Source: a virus. From it: 64,000 nucleotides of DNA. A program made the position numbers and the translations under genes. The notes beneath the pieces are model-generated. The model was not told the origin of the DNA. It was given only the letters and a program-made list of their open reading frames with translations, and made no database searches. Within the stretch, counting starts at the first letter, position 1, and each line of letters opens with the position of its first letter. Below are positions 48,601-58,756 of this stretch, in pieces. The stretch covers positions 1 through 64,000 of the IMG/VR virus record IMGVR_UViG_3300033148_007360, one strand, 5' to 3'.

Positions 48601-49063
48601 ACAAGTAAAAATCCTGCCCCCGGAACCAGGCAGTACTCCGTAGAGGAACATAAGCCGGTAACGGCTCCCACTCCGCCGCAAGGGAAGAGAGTGGCATGGA
48701 AACATATGGAGTTTGCGCTACCGTATCAGCAAAAAGAAGCTTAACGCCGTCGTATTCCGTAACTTCACTAACTGAATCGCTATACACAAAATTATAAGTA
48801 GCTCTATCCGCAGGAAGTTTTCCCCGATAAACGTGCTTCCCGTACAACACACCATATTTATTATCGGGAATAGAATAAATCTGCCGCTCTGTTTCCCTTA
48901 CGTAAACCCCATCCTGCGTAATCCAACTTAAATCATCCACGTGTACTGTTCCACCAGATATAGAGTAGGATGCACCACAAAGACCAGCCCCATATAAGGC
49001 AAGTTGCCTTCGGTTCAGACCAGCAGAACTATCTCTTATCATAAAATGGTGTAGTAGGCGCAA
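45638..49063 (-). CDS. Tail fibre/receptor-binding protein with beta-propeller repeats
   Basis: HDSRYY motif; repeated W-x-S-x-x-N-[VI] and [FY]DG-x-x-W blades. Confidence 0.75.
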   Translation of the reverse strand: MRLLHHFMIRDSSAGLNRRQLALYGAGLCGASYSISGGTVHVDDLSWITQDGVYVRETERQIYSIPDNKYGVLYGKHVYRGKLPADRATYNFVYSDSVSEVTEYDGVKLLFADTVAQTPYVSMPLSSLAAEWEPLPAYVPLRSTAWFRGQDFYLSRGVDSDSVNEIIRADYRYMMVGGSTTTAWDFESASALKHSLVNNPESTLLVFGQVPGVTEWITVHAVAHGGILQSHFSLTTTVGMTGHDSRYYTISELSSSNGAALVGATVGVAGVTSIESALAYVAGLTEVASFLHNGPIIVSKTWDRARYSDLEDAISENPGAEILVLGDPYTEYTVGTTIQPASGTVIRGIGNPKITFSGHSWIVFDAGIWVSGGAQTTAGSSLVSLPGGSFVNSNIKPGDYLRAGDGRGRVVSVIDNENLYGDLEHFAKTVGTSNNSDLMVYRMGASISSSILAGSTAIGGRTIGVQACHGLWLSKNECGEEKVMGPPAEPGGLYVADVRSDTDFLQIFLFDGTSWKKVNSIRADYWTHRHPYHGFCSIPSEGRVLVVTGISESLEVANRIDVHIQSMPDGKEWTYTDDLVDVQAGDMLALGCYAENTSSDKIFVFCALKRGSGHRLTFGTVSDGVITRWYAEDRPVIDIHGSGENNVWLTGFCSNDSGASPSTVMQFDGDSIVHHHLPGSYRYCILYSIWVASKTCVVTAGRLVTATSAYQGAVFVYDGSSWTDHSFGYDVAFHDTWASSVNNIYIVGRNRSTERGECKYYDGVEWSDITADLPDGPNGYIPVLHAIQGNESEAGIELFISGDEGYIAHFDGVSWERLPVGPFGSGDDVAAMFPGVSTPTYITEVERNFGSEGASFSPDPPGIVSVAKTGNPNAYGLGLFNISYNNTPGTFVSFFSIPGITPLDGWSSSYKNPVSTLVLHDNKINRGSHLETDKLAPLIQFGTEDSFSNDRSMAIVVDNHIFDRCKGFWTTSYSGEFYKDLGVINLDSENSIVGNNVITLGHSEGTPFGRGYALPHVIFGNTVKSLATQAYFFYAPGWYSGSKPRTNFRSVHFGNIVDTLVTDANGNINVKWNQNYPLHPWGVYEDPGRYASATDSIYYGTGITGNNADNYPVLDYRLDFLTFAKWNLWIRDGEFETGSSG

Positions 49064-49075
49064 CTTAGACCCCCG

Positions 49076-51370
49076 TTACTCATAGTCATTTCCAACTTCA
49101 ACAATCCCGATATTTGTCCCGCCCTTCCTCAGCGATCCCGAAGAATGACCGTTACCAATATAGACAAATCCGCTCACGCTTCTTGCCAGAACCGGATCCG
49201 AGTAAGTAATGTCTGGATCCCCCTTAAACAAATTTCCCTCCACTCTCATATTAGTCACTTCCACGAATTCCGCTACGTAGTGAAGTGTCGGTGGAGTCGG
49301 AACTGAATCCCCGTGTGCTACATTCCTGACAGTGTTGAAACTAAATACACTCCCCGTATCAGACCTTATAATACAGACAGCCGGCAGAGTATAAAGCGGC
49401 TTGCTGGCCGGTGCGGATATATTGCCTTTTATAACACCGGTTCTGCACATGTAAGTATAATAACTGTAAGGATGAGTCTCAGCGCTGTCGAAGTTTGTCA
49501 TCAGGTTAAAAAACATGGGGCCGAAGGTGTTGAACGCAACCTTGTAATCTTCCACATAACTTAGAAGAGCATATCTGGCACCTTCATTGAAAATATTTTC
49601 AGTGATGATCACGTTCTTGCTGTACACCGGATTGTCCCCGTTGGTATTATTCACGTGCTCAAACAGGGAATCTAATAACCCACTCGGTTGAACAGCACCC
49701 GTTGTTGAACTCAGATTTTTCGTACTTACGACTGCAATCATCACGCCAGATAACCAATTATCATACTCGCTGGCGCTGAGGTCAAACCCTCCAAAGTTCC
49801 AACGAGGATAGGTTTGATGTAGGTATAGTCCATCTACATTTGCCGCAAGAATTACGGGATAGGGTGATGCCGCCCTCCCCTCGATGCTAACGCCTTGCAA
49901 TACTATATTTGACCGTCTTATGCTGGCTGTACCAACAAGCGTTTTATCATTGATTGCTTCATATAAGTCCCCCCTGCATTTTAGAGTATTCTGATCAAGC
50001 ACATCCATAACCGTGCATGTAAACCCAGACAACTCCACCGTATCCCCGGAACCCACATTTCCCTCAAGGAAATTAGAGTTCACCGAAGACACCTGACACT
50101 CCCCCTTCGATAACCCAACCACTGTTCCATCTTTTATTGTTGTGTCAGTAACTTCCCCATACCCGATAATTTTGAGAGATGGCTCAGTATCAGAAGATGC
50201 GCGAAGAATAGCCCCGTAAGATCCTGTAAGTACCGTATTTGAGTGCAATTCACAGTCGGAGACGTCATGTTCACCAGGTTTAAAGTAGAAATAGGCTCCA
50301 GTTGAACCCAACGCATTTAGAGCTGCTTTCAAGGTCGGATAGCCACCGGAACCAATCAGAACCATTGGTCGTATGTTTATCAACTCCCGAAGTGCCCCCT
50401 CGACAGTGCTGCTGTCATAATGTTCTCCAAAGTCCCTTATACCAATATTTGAAGCACCTGAACTGGATGATAAGACTGTCTTAGGAAAATACCTGCCGTC
50501 GTGATCTGTGTTACTCCCGTCCACATCCGGCATATCCAGGAGGTCGGAATGGTTCCCGATCTGGAAAGCTTGAACTCCATCCTTCGTAACTTCAAAGACA
50601 GGACCTGTCCAAAATGAAGAAAAAGTTCCCGCCGACTGTCCCACTGAAGCATAATAACAGGATATGATGGCAGCATCCGTATCTGATTTCGCCGATAGAA
50701 TGAATATAACCGACCTTTTCGTGGAATCCTCTTGATGCCACTTCCCGGTGTCTCTCCTGTAATAAGCATTAAGCACTTGAACCACACTATCGGAATCTTC
50801 GGGGTGTCGCATAAGATAAAAGTGGTCATCGTTCGACCCGCCTTTTAGCCAGTACCCCGCCTCATTAGTAGGTCGGAAGTCCGGTTCGTGGTCGGCGGTT
50901 ATAAACTCGTTTGCTTTTGGTACCGGGAAAATATGACTGGAACCAATGCCCGTATTACCCGCTGGAACAAAGATATAAGCGATCGGAACTTGTGTATCGG
51001 TAACTTCCGGTGGCGTCGGGGGATCGCCGGGAGTTCCAGGGGAAACATAATAACCCGCCTCGTTTGGAGGGTATCCCGTATTGTAAGTGTAATCCAATAC
51101 GAAAATATCAATCCTGTCCAGTGTATCGTGGCTGCGCTCTTTCACCTCGGCTGCAAAGGGTACGTCTGTCTCCTCGATAACAACAACACCATCCTTTGTT
51201 AAAATGGCGCTGTATGGAGCATCCCCCCTCTCTAAGTTCAGATACCAATTGTCGGATACAGTAACCTTGCACCCCTGTAAGGGGCCGGGCCCGGAAGTCA
51301 GGGAGTTTATATCATTCAGGTAAGCCGTTAAATCTGGACTCATGTAATCGAATATGCGCCTTTGAGTCAT
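49076..51370 (-). CDS. Tail spike/fibre with C-terminal parallel beta-helix
   Basis: RIDIFV anchor, HDGRY, YPTLKAAL...PGEH, Asn-rich beta-helix repeats. Confidence 0.78.
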   Translation of the reverse strand: MTQRRIFDYMSPDLTAYLNDINSLTSGPGPLQGCKVTVSDNWYLNLERGDAPYSAILTKDGVVVIEETDVPFAAEVKERSHDTLDRIDIFVLDYTYNTGYPPNEAGYYVSPGTPGDPPTPPEVTDTQVPIAYIFVPAGNTGIGSSHIFPVPKANEFITADHEPDFRPTNEAGYWLKGGSNDDHFYLMRHPEDSDSVVQVLNAYYRRDTGKWHQEDSTKRSVIFILSAKSDTDAAIISCYYASVGQSAGTFSSFWTGPVFEVTKDGVQAFQIGNHSDLLDMPDVDGSNTDHDGRYFPKTVLSSSSGASNIGIRDFGEHYDSSTVEGALRELINIRPMVLIGSGGYPTLKAALNALGSTGAYFYFKPGEHDVSDCELHSNTVLTGSYGAILRASSDTEPSLKIIGYGEVTDTTIKDGTVVGLSKGECQVSSVNSNFLEGNVGSGDTVELSGFTCTVMDVLDQNTLKCRGDLYEAINDKTLVGTASIRRSNIVLQGVSIEGRAASPYPVILAANVDGLYLHQTYPRWNFGGFDLSASEYDNWLSGVMIAVVSTKNLSSTTGAVQPSGLLDSLFEHVNNTNGDNPVYSKNVIITENIFNEGARYALLSYVEDYKVAFNTFGPMFFNLMTNFDSAETHPYSYYTYMCRTGVIKGNISAPASKPLYTLPAVCIIRSDTGSVFSFNTVRNVAHGDSVPTPPTLHYVAEFVEVTNMRVEGNLFKGDPDITYSDPVLARSVSGFVYIGNGHSSGSLRKGGTNIGIVEVGNDYE

Positions 51371-51373
51371 TTC

Positions 51374-54088
51374 TCAAACCTCGTCTTTGTAGTAGGGTAC
51401 AACATTGTACGGAAGCACTCTTTTGATCTTGTTGAACAGGAACTGAGCCTTCGGGTTGCTGTATGGCAGATAATTGAAACTGTTTGGGTAACCAAAAACC
51501 TGCAAGTTTTTGTAAACCGACACGTAAACCGGTAAAATAAAATAATCGCTGTAGGAATCCCACAGACCTTCCCCGAAGGCCGCTCCTGAATATATGGTAT
51601 AATCAGGATTAGATCCACCATATCTCCATGATGTAGAGATTGTAAGCGCCGTAGCTCCCGGCACAGACTCCACGAGATAATTACCTTCATCTGGAGTATT
51701 GGAAAGTACAAGTTTGTCTCCAGACTTCACTCCGAGATCTGTTAGATCCACACCCGTTACATAAAGAACATTATCTCCACTGGTGACTCCTGTTCCACTC
51801 ACCACACTCTTGCAGGAATCCAAAGTTCCGCGAGCATAGGGCTTTTCCAACCGAGCATCCAAATTGTACAGACGGGCCAGCAACTTCACAGCCGACTCCG
51901 TCCCAACCCTGCGTGAAATATCACGAAATGCTCTCGATGCTATCCTCCAAGTAGCAACAGGATAGTTCTTTGTGAGTTCATCTTCAAGAATGTAGCCAAA
52001 ATCCTTAATTTTTTCTTTTACAAACTCTGGAAAAGCCTCACCTACAGCCTGCGTAAAAACAGGGAACCTTGAAATAGAATCCCGCAACCGCTGGAAATAA
52101 GCACCCATCATATAAAGAAATCTATGTCTTTGGTCACCCGCCAAATCAAAATCCGGGAGAAGAATTTCTCCTGTATGAGTTGTCGTGCCGGAGGGAAGAA
52201 CCCGAGTAACCCGCTCTTCATCCCGCATGTACGATGGAATCATCTGATAAAAGTAGTCCCTGAAAGATACTCCCTGGCGCAGAGTCATAGGATTGCTGAC
52301 GTCTTTCATACCGGTATAGATAGAACAGTCTTGAACAAACATCTTCCGGCTGAAGAAGTAAGGATACATGTTGAAGAAGGAAAACAAAGTATAATATCTG
52401 GATTCTCCAGCCTTTCTAATAGCGGTGTCAATATAATACATGGTTCCATAATAAATTTCTTCAGGATTTTTGGAAAATAACTTGGTGCCTCCCTTCCGCG
52501 CAAGATTGACATTTGTGATCTCCGCAGCATATAACTCCATGTCGGTCGGGAGTCCACGCACGACTTTGTATTCAAAACTGTTACCCAACTGGCCGGGCGA
52601 GAACTCCTCTGTAACTACAAGAGTAGTGGTTCCCGCTACAGACTGAATTATCTTGTAACCGTGCTTGTCTGCATCCTGACTGGCGTGATTCCCGAAAAGG
52701 AGGGTATCGCCTGAAGTTATATTACTGAAATCGGCTGAGTTGTCGTAGAAGTAATGAGCCTCGGCGGTGCTGGGAATTCCGGTTCCGGTCTTTATTGTCT
52801 CCCATGATCCCGTCCACTCCAGAACAGTTTGTGGCGCTTCCAGACCTTGTGTTGCGGAAAACGTCAGGGTCGGGTAATCCCTTGACTTCGGCTGGAACTC
52901 CTGATATTTTAAACCGCTGCGTATAGCATCCACTTCCGAAAATACCAAATGGACTTTTTCATCACCGTCTACGACAGCGCTCACTCCTCCGGTATGGGAT
53001 GCGTAATCGGAAATAGGATACTCAAAAGCAGCCATTGGATACGCATCCAGAATAAAGGCATCAACCCAAAGGCTGCTCAAACAATCCCGACCGGACTCGC
53101 CGATGTTAGTTGTCAATAGAACGGAGGACTGGTCAGGCAGCATTAACGGCCACATGCGAACAGCCTGTACATCAGATATTGCAGAAACCGACAGCAGGGA
53201 AAAAGCCGTACCGAAATCAATCCATGACTCCCCCCTGTCACTGCTACCCTTAAGATACGCTTTCTTCCCATCACCTTTATCGGATAGAGATGCTACAAGA
53301 AGAGATCCGGATAATGCATCCTGATAAATTCTTACAGGATGAAACCCGTAATCTATATCGGATTCGACTTCAATGGGTTCCGACCAACTCTCTCCACCAT
53401 CCTTGGAATACGACGTATATGCTGATTGACCGGCGGTAAAGATAATATTCAGCCTGCCTGTATCCATCGTGGTTACATCCACGAATCTCACTGGAGTTAA
53501 TCCAGCCAGATTTATATTGACCTTTTCCGGCCTTCGCCACGTCTGACCATAGTCAATAGATTGTGTCTTGTATATGGAATCTATTGACGCTCCCACACAA
53601 AACATGGTCTGGTTCAGCGTCATGGACATGCTGTACCCACAGTTGCTCGGCACTCTTATCGGTATCGTGGATACCTTGCTCCACGCGGTACTGCCGGAGA
53701 GTGCAGTCCATAACTCTGGAGTACCAAACCCGTGCTCATAAGTACACGTGTAACCGGCGGCTTCATGGCTATAGTATACAGTTCCGCTTCCAGTATCGTA
53801 ATCTATAACTCCACTGGCGTCCCCACCTACACTCCCGTAAAAATCATCCCGAAATCCATATATCTTGCCGTCCGATACGGATTGGTATCTCCCCCGGACA
53901 GTCCCAGGCACCAGCGACGTATCGAGGGATAGCGTTTCCATAGTCCCACCGCTCATTGATACCCACTCGGCTTTGCGCTTCAGGGTCGCCAGATAGATGC
54001 GATCTACCTCAGACCTGTAAACGGTTACCGGGTCGGAATAACTGTAACCGTCATCCGAGATTATATATGTTGGGTCGAACTCAGGCAT
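51374..54088 (-). CDS. Baseplate wedge protein (gp7/GpI-like) with BNR/Asp-box propeller
   Basis: SIDYGQTW, SKDGGESW, SSDRGESW; MIPSYMRDE, RRVGTESAVK. Confidence 0.72.
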   Translation of the reverse strand: MPEFDPTYIISDDGYSYSDPVTVYRSEVDRIYLATLKRKAEWVSMSGGTMETLSLDTSLVPGTVRGRYQSVSDGKIYGFRDDFYGSVGGDASGVIDYDTGSGTVYYSHEAAGYTCTYEHGFGTPELWTALSGSTAWSKVSTIPIRVPSNCGYSMSMTLNQTMFCVGASIDSIYKTQSIDYGQTWRRPEKVNINLAGLTPVRFVDVTTMDTGRLNIIFTAGQSAYTSYSKDGGESWSEPIEVESDIDYGFHPVRIYQDALSGSLLVASLSDKGDGKKAYLKGSSDRGESWIDFGTAFSLLSVSAISDVQAVRMWPLMLPDQSSVLLTTNIGESGRDCLSSLWVDAFILDAYPMAAFEYPISDYASHTGGVSAVVDGDEKVHLVFSEVDAIRSGLKYQEFQPKSRDYPTLTFSATQGLEAPQTVLEWTGSWETIKTGTGIPSTAEAHYFYDNSADFSNITSGDTLLFGNHASQDADKHGYKIIQSVAGTTTLVVTEEFSPGQLGNSFEYKVVRGLPTDMELYAAEITNVNLARKGGTKLFSKNPEEIYYGTMYYIDTAIRKAGESRYYTLFSFFNMYPYFFSRKMFVQDCSIYTGMKDVSNPMTLRQGVSFRDYFYQMIPSYMRDEERVTRVLPSGTTTHTGEILLPDFDLAGDQRHRFLYMMGAYFQRLRDSISRFPVFTQAVGEAFPEFVKEKIKDFGYILEDELTKNYPVATWRIASRAFRDISRRVGTESAVKLLARLYNLDARLEKPYARGTLDSCKSVVSGTGVTSGDNVLYVTGVDLTDLGVKSGDKLVLSNTPDEGNYLVESVPGATALTISTSWRYGGSNPDYTIYSGAAFGEGLWDSYSDYFILPVYVSVYKNLQVFGYPNSFNYLPYSNPKAQFLFNKIKRVLPYNVVPYYKDEV

Positions 54089-55814
54089 TCAAAACCTTCC
54101 CGTACTCCCACTCATCCGGGAAATACAGTTCCAGAGTTACATAGTTCCTGTCCAGCACAAGCAACTCCGTCTCCTCAACCTCTATAGGCCCGTTATAGAG
54201 AGATGTTTTTACATACCACACAGTCCCCTTCGGAAGTTCACCGGTGTCGCCGGAATCAACTGTTATTTCAATCTCCCCACCGCTGCTTTTAAACGTCTCT
54301 CCATCGCTAAATGCCCCCAAATAAGATTGCCCGATATTAGTAGTTTTACTCACGGAATACTGGGATAAGGAAACTGCGGTTACTATCCAAGTCGCGTAAT
54401 CGGCTCCTGCTTTAAGCGTGTACGATAGCATATTTTTCTTCTTTTCATCGTTTTCATCCGAACATGTAATTCTTGGAATACGCGTAAACATTTTAGGGTG
54501 AACAAAATCAACCAATTCCCCATCATTGATGTTTTCCAGAGATTTAAGCACATCCGAGGGGGCAACACCAGTACCCACTTTCAGGGAAGCCGCTTGGAAA
54601 ATGGATTCCAGTTCAGACAATATCGCCTCCCTGGCAGCCCTCTTCTCTGTCCCCCTCCCTTGTAACTTAACTACAAAATGAAGTTTCGGTGTTGCTACAT
54701 CAAACCCGGTTACAGTAAGAACGGTTCCATACATAACTCGCGGGTAAACATAGGCATAGACTTCGTCAAGCAACGACTGTTCAGGTACACCTCCTCCGGT
54801 CGGCACGATAGACAGAACCAAGTTATAATTCTGTACCATCTTGGCGGTAGCCGAATGAACACCGCTGACCGCCGCGGCTAGATTTTCAATTGACTCCAAC
54901 GTAACTCCAGACCATGCCGTTCTCAAAAGTTCCGGCACTTTCCTTTTCAAGTCGGATGCCGACTCACCATCGCTTCCCCCAGACGGTGCTGTAGTGTTAA
55001 CAACCGAAGTATTAGATGCGAGGGATCCGGTTAAAGTATTCACTTCGCCCTTCGCAACGTCATTTCCTTCAGCACCTTTAGTTATCAAATAGGATGCAAC
55101 TATGCTGGCCCCCTCGTCGGGCACCCTGCCAAACGTCCCATCTCCAAAAACTATAAGAGTACGTAGCTGCTCAGTGGATGAATCCCAGATATAAAAAACT
55201 TCACACACTTCATCTTCCGGCCCATAATCTGTTAGCCTGTCCACCACTGCCCAAGATGTGGAATCCACCTCCACTTCAATTGAACTCTTGATTGCTCCAG
55301 AACTGCGGAGGGGAAAGGTCTGAACAAAATTACCACTGGATGTACCGAGGGCTTCGTTCTCGATATATTCAGCCTGCACCGCGGAAACACCGTCCACCTC
55401 TGTAGAACCGGCGGGGATTGTCGCCTTCGACAGGGTTACAAACGGAAGTACTTTATCGCCCGAAGAATAACACAAAGTATATTTTGGAATCGTTCTCCCA
55501 GATGCGTCACTAGCTGTAAATTTCAACGACGTTCCGGCACCGGATGGTCCGGCCAATATGTATCCCATATCCTGCGCAATCCTGACGATATTATCCATGT
55601 CCGTCGCCAAGCTGAGAATGCACTCGCGTTGCTGCACATCGAGGTACCTGTGAGCAACGTCGTGAATAGCAGCCCAGAGTTCCAGGAGGAGTATTCCCTC
55701 GTTGTTAGACGAGGTATCCGTAATCTCCGGGATATAGTTTTTTATATAATTTTTCATCCCGGCCACAATTTCGGAATAAGAACGTGATAGTGGATTCAAC
55801 CGCTTCATAGTCAT
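54081..55814 (-). CDS. Baseplate wedge protein (gp6/GpJ-like)
   Basis: GILLLEL, FGDGTFGRVP, GAEGN, GGSDGES. Confidence 0.9.
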   Translation of the reverse strand: MTMKRLNPLSRSYSEIVAGMKNYIKNYIPEITDTSSNNEGILLLELWAAIHDVAHRYLDVQQRECILSLATDMDNIVRIAQDMGYILAGPSGAGTSLKFTASDASGRTIPKYTLCYSSGDKVLPFVTLSKATIPAGSTEVDGVSAVQAEYIENEALGTSSGNFVQTFPLRSSGAIKSSIEVEVDSTSWAVVDRLTDYGPEDEVCEVFYIWDSSTEQLRTLIVFGDGTFGRVPDEGASIVASYLITKGAEGNDVAKGEVNTLTGSLASNTSVVNTTAPSGGSDGESASDLKRKVPELLRTAWSGVTLESIENLAAAVSGVHSATAKMVQNYNLVLSIVPTGGGVPEQSLLDEVYAYVYPRVMYGTVLTVTGFDVATPKLHFVVKLQGRGTEKRAAREAILSELESIFQAASLKVGTGVAPSDVLKSLENINDGELVDFVHPKMFTRIPRITCSDENDEKKKNMLSYTLKAGADYATWIVTAVSLSQYSVSKTTNIGQSYLGAFSDGETFKSSGGEIEITVDSGDTGELPKGTVWYVKTSLYNGPIEVEETELLVLDRNYVTLELYFPDEWEYGKVLNA

Positions 55815-56218
55815 TACGAAATCTCCTCGTCAAGTTGAAACAGCGTTTTCCCCGCCTCCCCGACAAGATCCGAAAACCTGAAATAGATAGTAACAGGTAA
55901 CTTGTGTTCTTCAATATCCTCGTTGCTCGGGTTGGGCCGGACGCTGTCAATCTGTATTCTGGGTTCAAACCGGTCTACAGCAGCCTGTATAGCCGCCGCG
56001 ATTGATTCTTGCGTTACAGGATCGTTCGGCGAGAATAAAAATTTTCTCACATCCGAACCACGTGACGGATCCATGAATTTTTCCCCGCGCTTAAGGCGAA
56101 ACAGTGTCTTCAGGGCAGATCTCAGCAGTGTAACATCACTAGCTTTAATGATGTTACCATTGGCATCGAAAGTTAACGGAGATGCAATCCCTTTATATAG
56201 ATTCCAGTCAGCCATCAT
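55814..56218 (-). CDS. gp25-like sheath initiator
   Basis: GEKFMDPSRGS, RFEPRI. Confidence 0.92.
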   Translation of the reverse strand: MMADWNLYKGIASPLTFDANGNIIKASDVTLLRSALKTLFRLKRGEKFMDPSRGSDVRKFLFSPNDPVTQESIAAAIQAAVDRFEPRIQIDSVRPNPSNEDIEEHKLPVTIYFRFSDLVGEAGKTLFQLDEEIS

Positions 56219-56219
56219 C

Positions 56220-57230
56220 TCAACTCTTGACTACAATAATACCTGACGACCACGTGCTTGTATCAGGAACAGGTGGAACAGGAAGAACCGGTCGAGATGT
56301 GGGAGCGCCCTCATTTCCGATATGTGTATGGTCTTGAATATAAGTTGTCAGGTCCTGTAAAATTGTTATCAACTTATCAGATATCGGCACCTTCAGGCTT
56401 CCTCCACCTCCTATATCAAAGGTCGGAGTCTTGAACTCGAACTTTGCAGCTTCCATACTTACATCTCCAAACTTGGACTCCGCTTTGCCCCCTGTAATGC
56501 TTACGTCACCAACCTTAACATCAATCGGGCCAAGTTCCACCTCTGCACCGGTAGGGGCTTTCGCTATTATCTTTTGTGTCAACACCCTTAGCGTCGGCAC
56601 ATCTCCCCCGGACTCCAGCCTGAATAACGTTTGCCCATCCTTTGTAACCATCTCCACAATAGACCCCGAACCTTGTACCGGAGAAGGACCAGGCTCAGGC
56701 GCGGACTGGAAGCCATCCTCCACTTTGCGCTGTGGAGCAGCAGGAGGCATAGGCGACCATAACCTGAGCGCCGCACCTGCTCTATCAGTTATCATGATGT
56801 ATTCACTCCCACCCATATCGTCCGCGATTATAGTATGCCCGGTGGGTGATTTGTAAATAATCCTGGCCGTGTTGCTCCCCTTGACACACTCAGGAGTTTC
56901 AGCGCCCGTAGGGGAGAGATAAGAAGTATTGCCGACCTTCACCGTGGTGGGCTGTTTTGCGATGCTCCGCACACCGCCGATTACTATGGGCTTCTCCAAC
57001 CTCCCCTTTTCAAACATCACATATACCAGCGCTCCTACCGCAAACGGCTCATAGGAACCGGCCTCGGCATGTCCTCCCCCCATTGTTGCAACCTCCGCCC
57101 AGGGAAGAGTGTTAACCGGAGAATTCGCAATAGTTCCATGCAATTCGGGAACCCGTACCTTCAGTCTCCCGCCCATCTCTATATCAACATTAAGTTCTAC
57201 AATCCCCTTGTATACACCATAATATCTCAT
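56220..57230 (-). CDS. Baseplate central spike (gp5/GpV OB-fold)
   Basis: GVYKGIV..N.D...GRLKVRVP, VMFEKG, HTH apex motif. Confidence 0.9.
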   Translation of the reverse strand: MRYYGVYKGIVELNVDIEMGGRLKVRVPELHGTIANSPVNTLPWAEVATMGGGHAEAGSYEPFAVGALVYVMFEKGRLEKPIVIGGVRSIAKQPTTVKVGNTSYLSPTGAETPECVKGSNTARIIYKSPTGHTIIADDMGGSEYIMITDRAGAALRLWSPMPPAAPQRKVEDGFQSAPEPGPSPVQGSGSIVEMVTKDGQTLFRLESGGDVPTLRVLTQKIIAKAPTGAEVELGPIDVKVGDVSITGGKAESKFGDVSMEAAKFEFKTPTFDIGGGGSLKVPISDKLITILQDLTTYIQDHTHIGNEGAPTSRPVLPVPPVPDTSTWSSGIIVVKS

Positions 57231-58448
57231 TCATCCCCCCATCTGTGCTAAAGAAACCGTAGCAGTATAAGTCTCTTCAAACTTGTGTTCTATTTGTGTT
57301 ACAGACCACACTACACCGGAATACGACGACGCCAACGGATGCATTCTACCGTCAGCACGGAAAATATCCACCACAACTTTATCGTTCAATTCAGCGTAAC
57401 GGAAGAAATGGTATGTCCCCCTGATATCCATTTCCGCATTTGGGGCGGACCCTTGCACCCATTCACCCCACTGTGCCAGGGCCTCCGGCGTCTCGTTAAA
57501 CCCTACCGCCTGTTCAAACGGTTGCGCCAATGTCTTGACTCGACTCAACCACCCTATACCGGGTCTGGATGCCTCCGCTTTCAACACCTGCATCTTCTCC
57601 GCAAACATTGATGCGGATTCCTTCGGCTTCGGTGTCCCGATTAACGTCTGGGCAGCACCCATTGGAAATACAGTAAAACTAGGACGAAAGTCCATCACAT
57701 CCAGAATTGTCGGCGCAACATAATTCGGGTTGGGGGGAAACATACAATACCACCAGATGGGACTTTGAATCTCTCGTACCGGAGCAAGTTTGAACAAATC
57801 CCTGTCCGGGCCGAACCACCCGAAGATAAGCCGACTTCCCAAATCAGGCGCTTCCTGAAAGGTGTCGGCAAACCATCGCATGAGTTCATAGAACGACCAT
57901 CCATGCACGGTAACCGATTCTTTACTCGGTGAAGTCGGTAGTCTAACTACGCCTGATACCCCGGCTTCACCAAGAAGTTGGGATGCAATGGACTGTAAAG
58001 TTCCCGCCCGGGTGCCCTTATAAATATAATCATGTAACCTGCGTTCTCTCACACGTACCGAGTGGGAATCCGATGTAAAACCGATAACAAATTCATCCGA
58101 ACCGTAAGCATACTTGTAATTCAGGGAACTGATCGAATACGTCATGATAGGAGATAACATCCCCTCCCCGAAATCAAGTTGAATCGCAAGGTCAACATCA
58201 AGACCAATCGAATTGGTTATAGTGGTTATAATACCCTCCGCCAAGTCACCGGAAGGATCCAGTAACGTCAACTCGCCGTTAAGTTGCGCTCCGGGTATTC
58301 TTTGCCCATCGGAGTTCACTTCAGTCATAGTAAGCGATTTGTAAAATCTCGGAGCTACCCCAGGTAGAAATTCCCCGAAAGTGGGCATACCCTCAACTGC
58401 AAGCGACCACATCACGTTAGGATTCGACTCGTTCGGATTCCCCGGCAT
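57231..58448 (-). CDS. Baseplate hub (gp27/GpD-like)
   Basis: Synteny; C-terminal WSVTQIEHKF. Confidence 0.6.
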   Translation of the reverse strand: MPGNPNESNPNVMWSLAVEGMPTFGEFLPGVAPRFYKSLTMTEVNSDGQRIPGAQLNGELTLLDPSGDLAEGIITTITNSIGLDVDLAIQLDFGEGMLSPIMTYSISSLNYKYAYGSDEFVIGFTSDSHSVRVRERRLHDYIYKGTRAGTLQSIASQLLGEAGVSGVVRLPTSPSKESVTVHGWSFYELMRWFADTFQEAPDLGSRLIFGWFGPDRDLFKLAPVREIQSPIWWYCMFPPNPNYVAPTILDVMDFRPSFTVFPMGAAQTLIGTPKPKESASMFAEKMQVLKAEASRPGIGWLSRVKTLAQPFEQAVGFNETPEALAQWGEWVQGSAPNAEMDIRGTYHFFRYAELNDKVVVDIFRADGRMHPLASSYSGVVWSVTQIEHKFEETYTATVSLAQMGG

Positions 58449-58744
58449 TACTCCCCTTCCATGATCTTCCCAAGAACTTTATCAATCGGAGGCATACGCA
58501 GTATCATACCCGGAACCGCCCCGTAAAACGGGTCTTTTATATCATTTACATCCGCTATCACCCACCACAGCGACTCATCTCCGTAAACTTCGAGCGCTAC
58601 CATGTCCAGCCTTCCTCTGGAATCCGCTGGCATCACATACCACTTATCCCTATCGGACTCTTCGACGTTTACCATTTTGTAGTGCCCCCAGTAAGCAGTT
58701 CCGTCTATCATGATTTTTGACGATCTCTTTTTGTACCTGTCCAT
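58448..58744 (-). CDS. gp53/LysM-like baseplate protein
   Basis: RLDMVALEVYGDESLWWVIADVN. Confidence 0.88.
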   Translation of the reverse strand: MDRYKKRSSKIMIDGTAYWGHYKMVNVEESDRDKWYVMPADSRGRLDMVALEVYGDESLWWVIADVNDIKDPFYGAVPGMILRMPPIDKVLGKIMEGE

Positions 58745-58756
58745 CGGAAGTCACCC

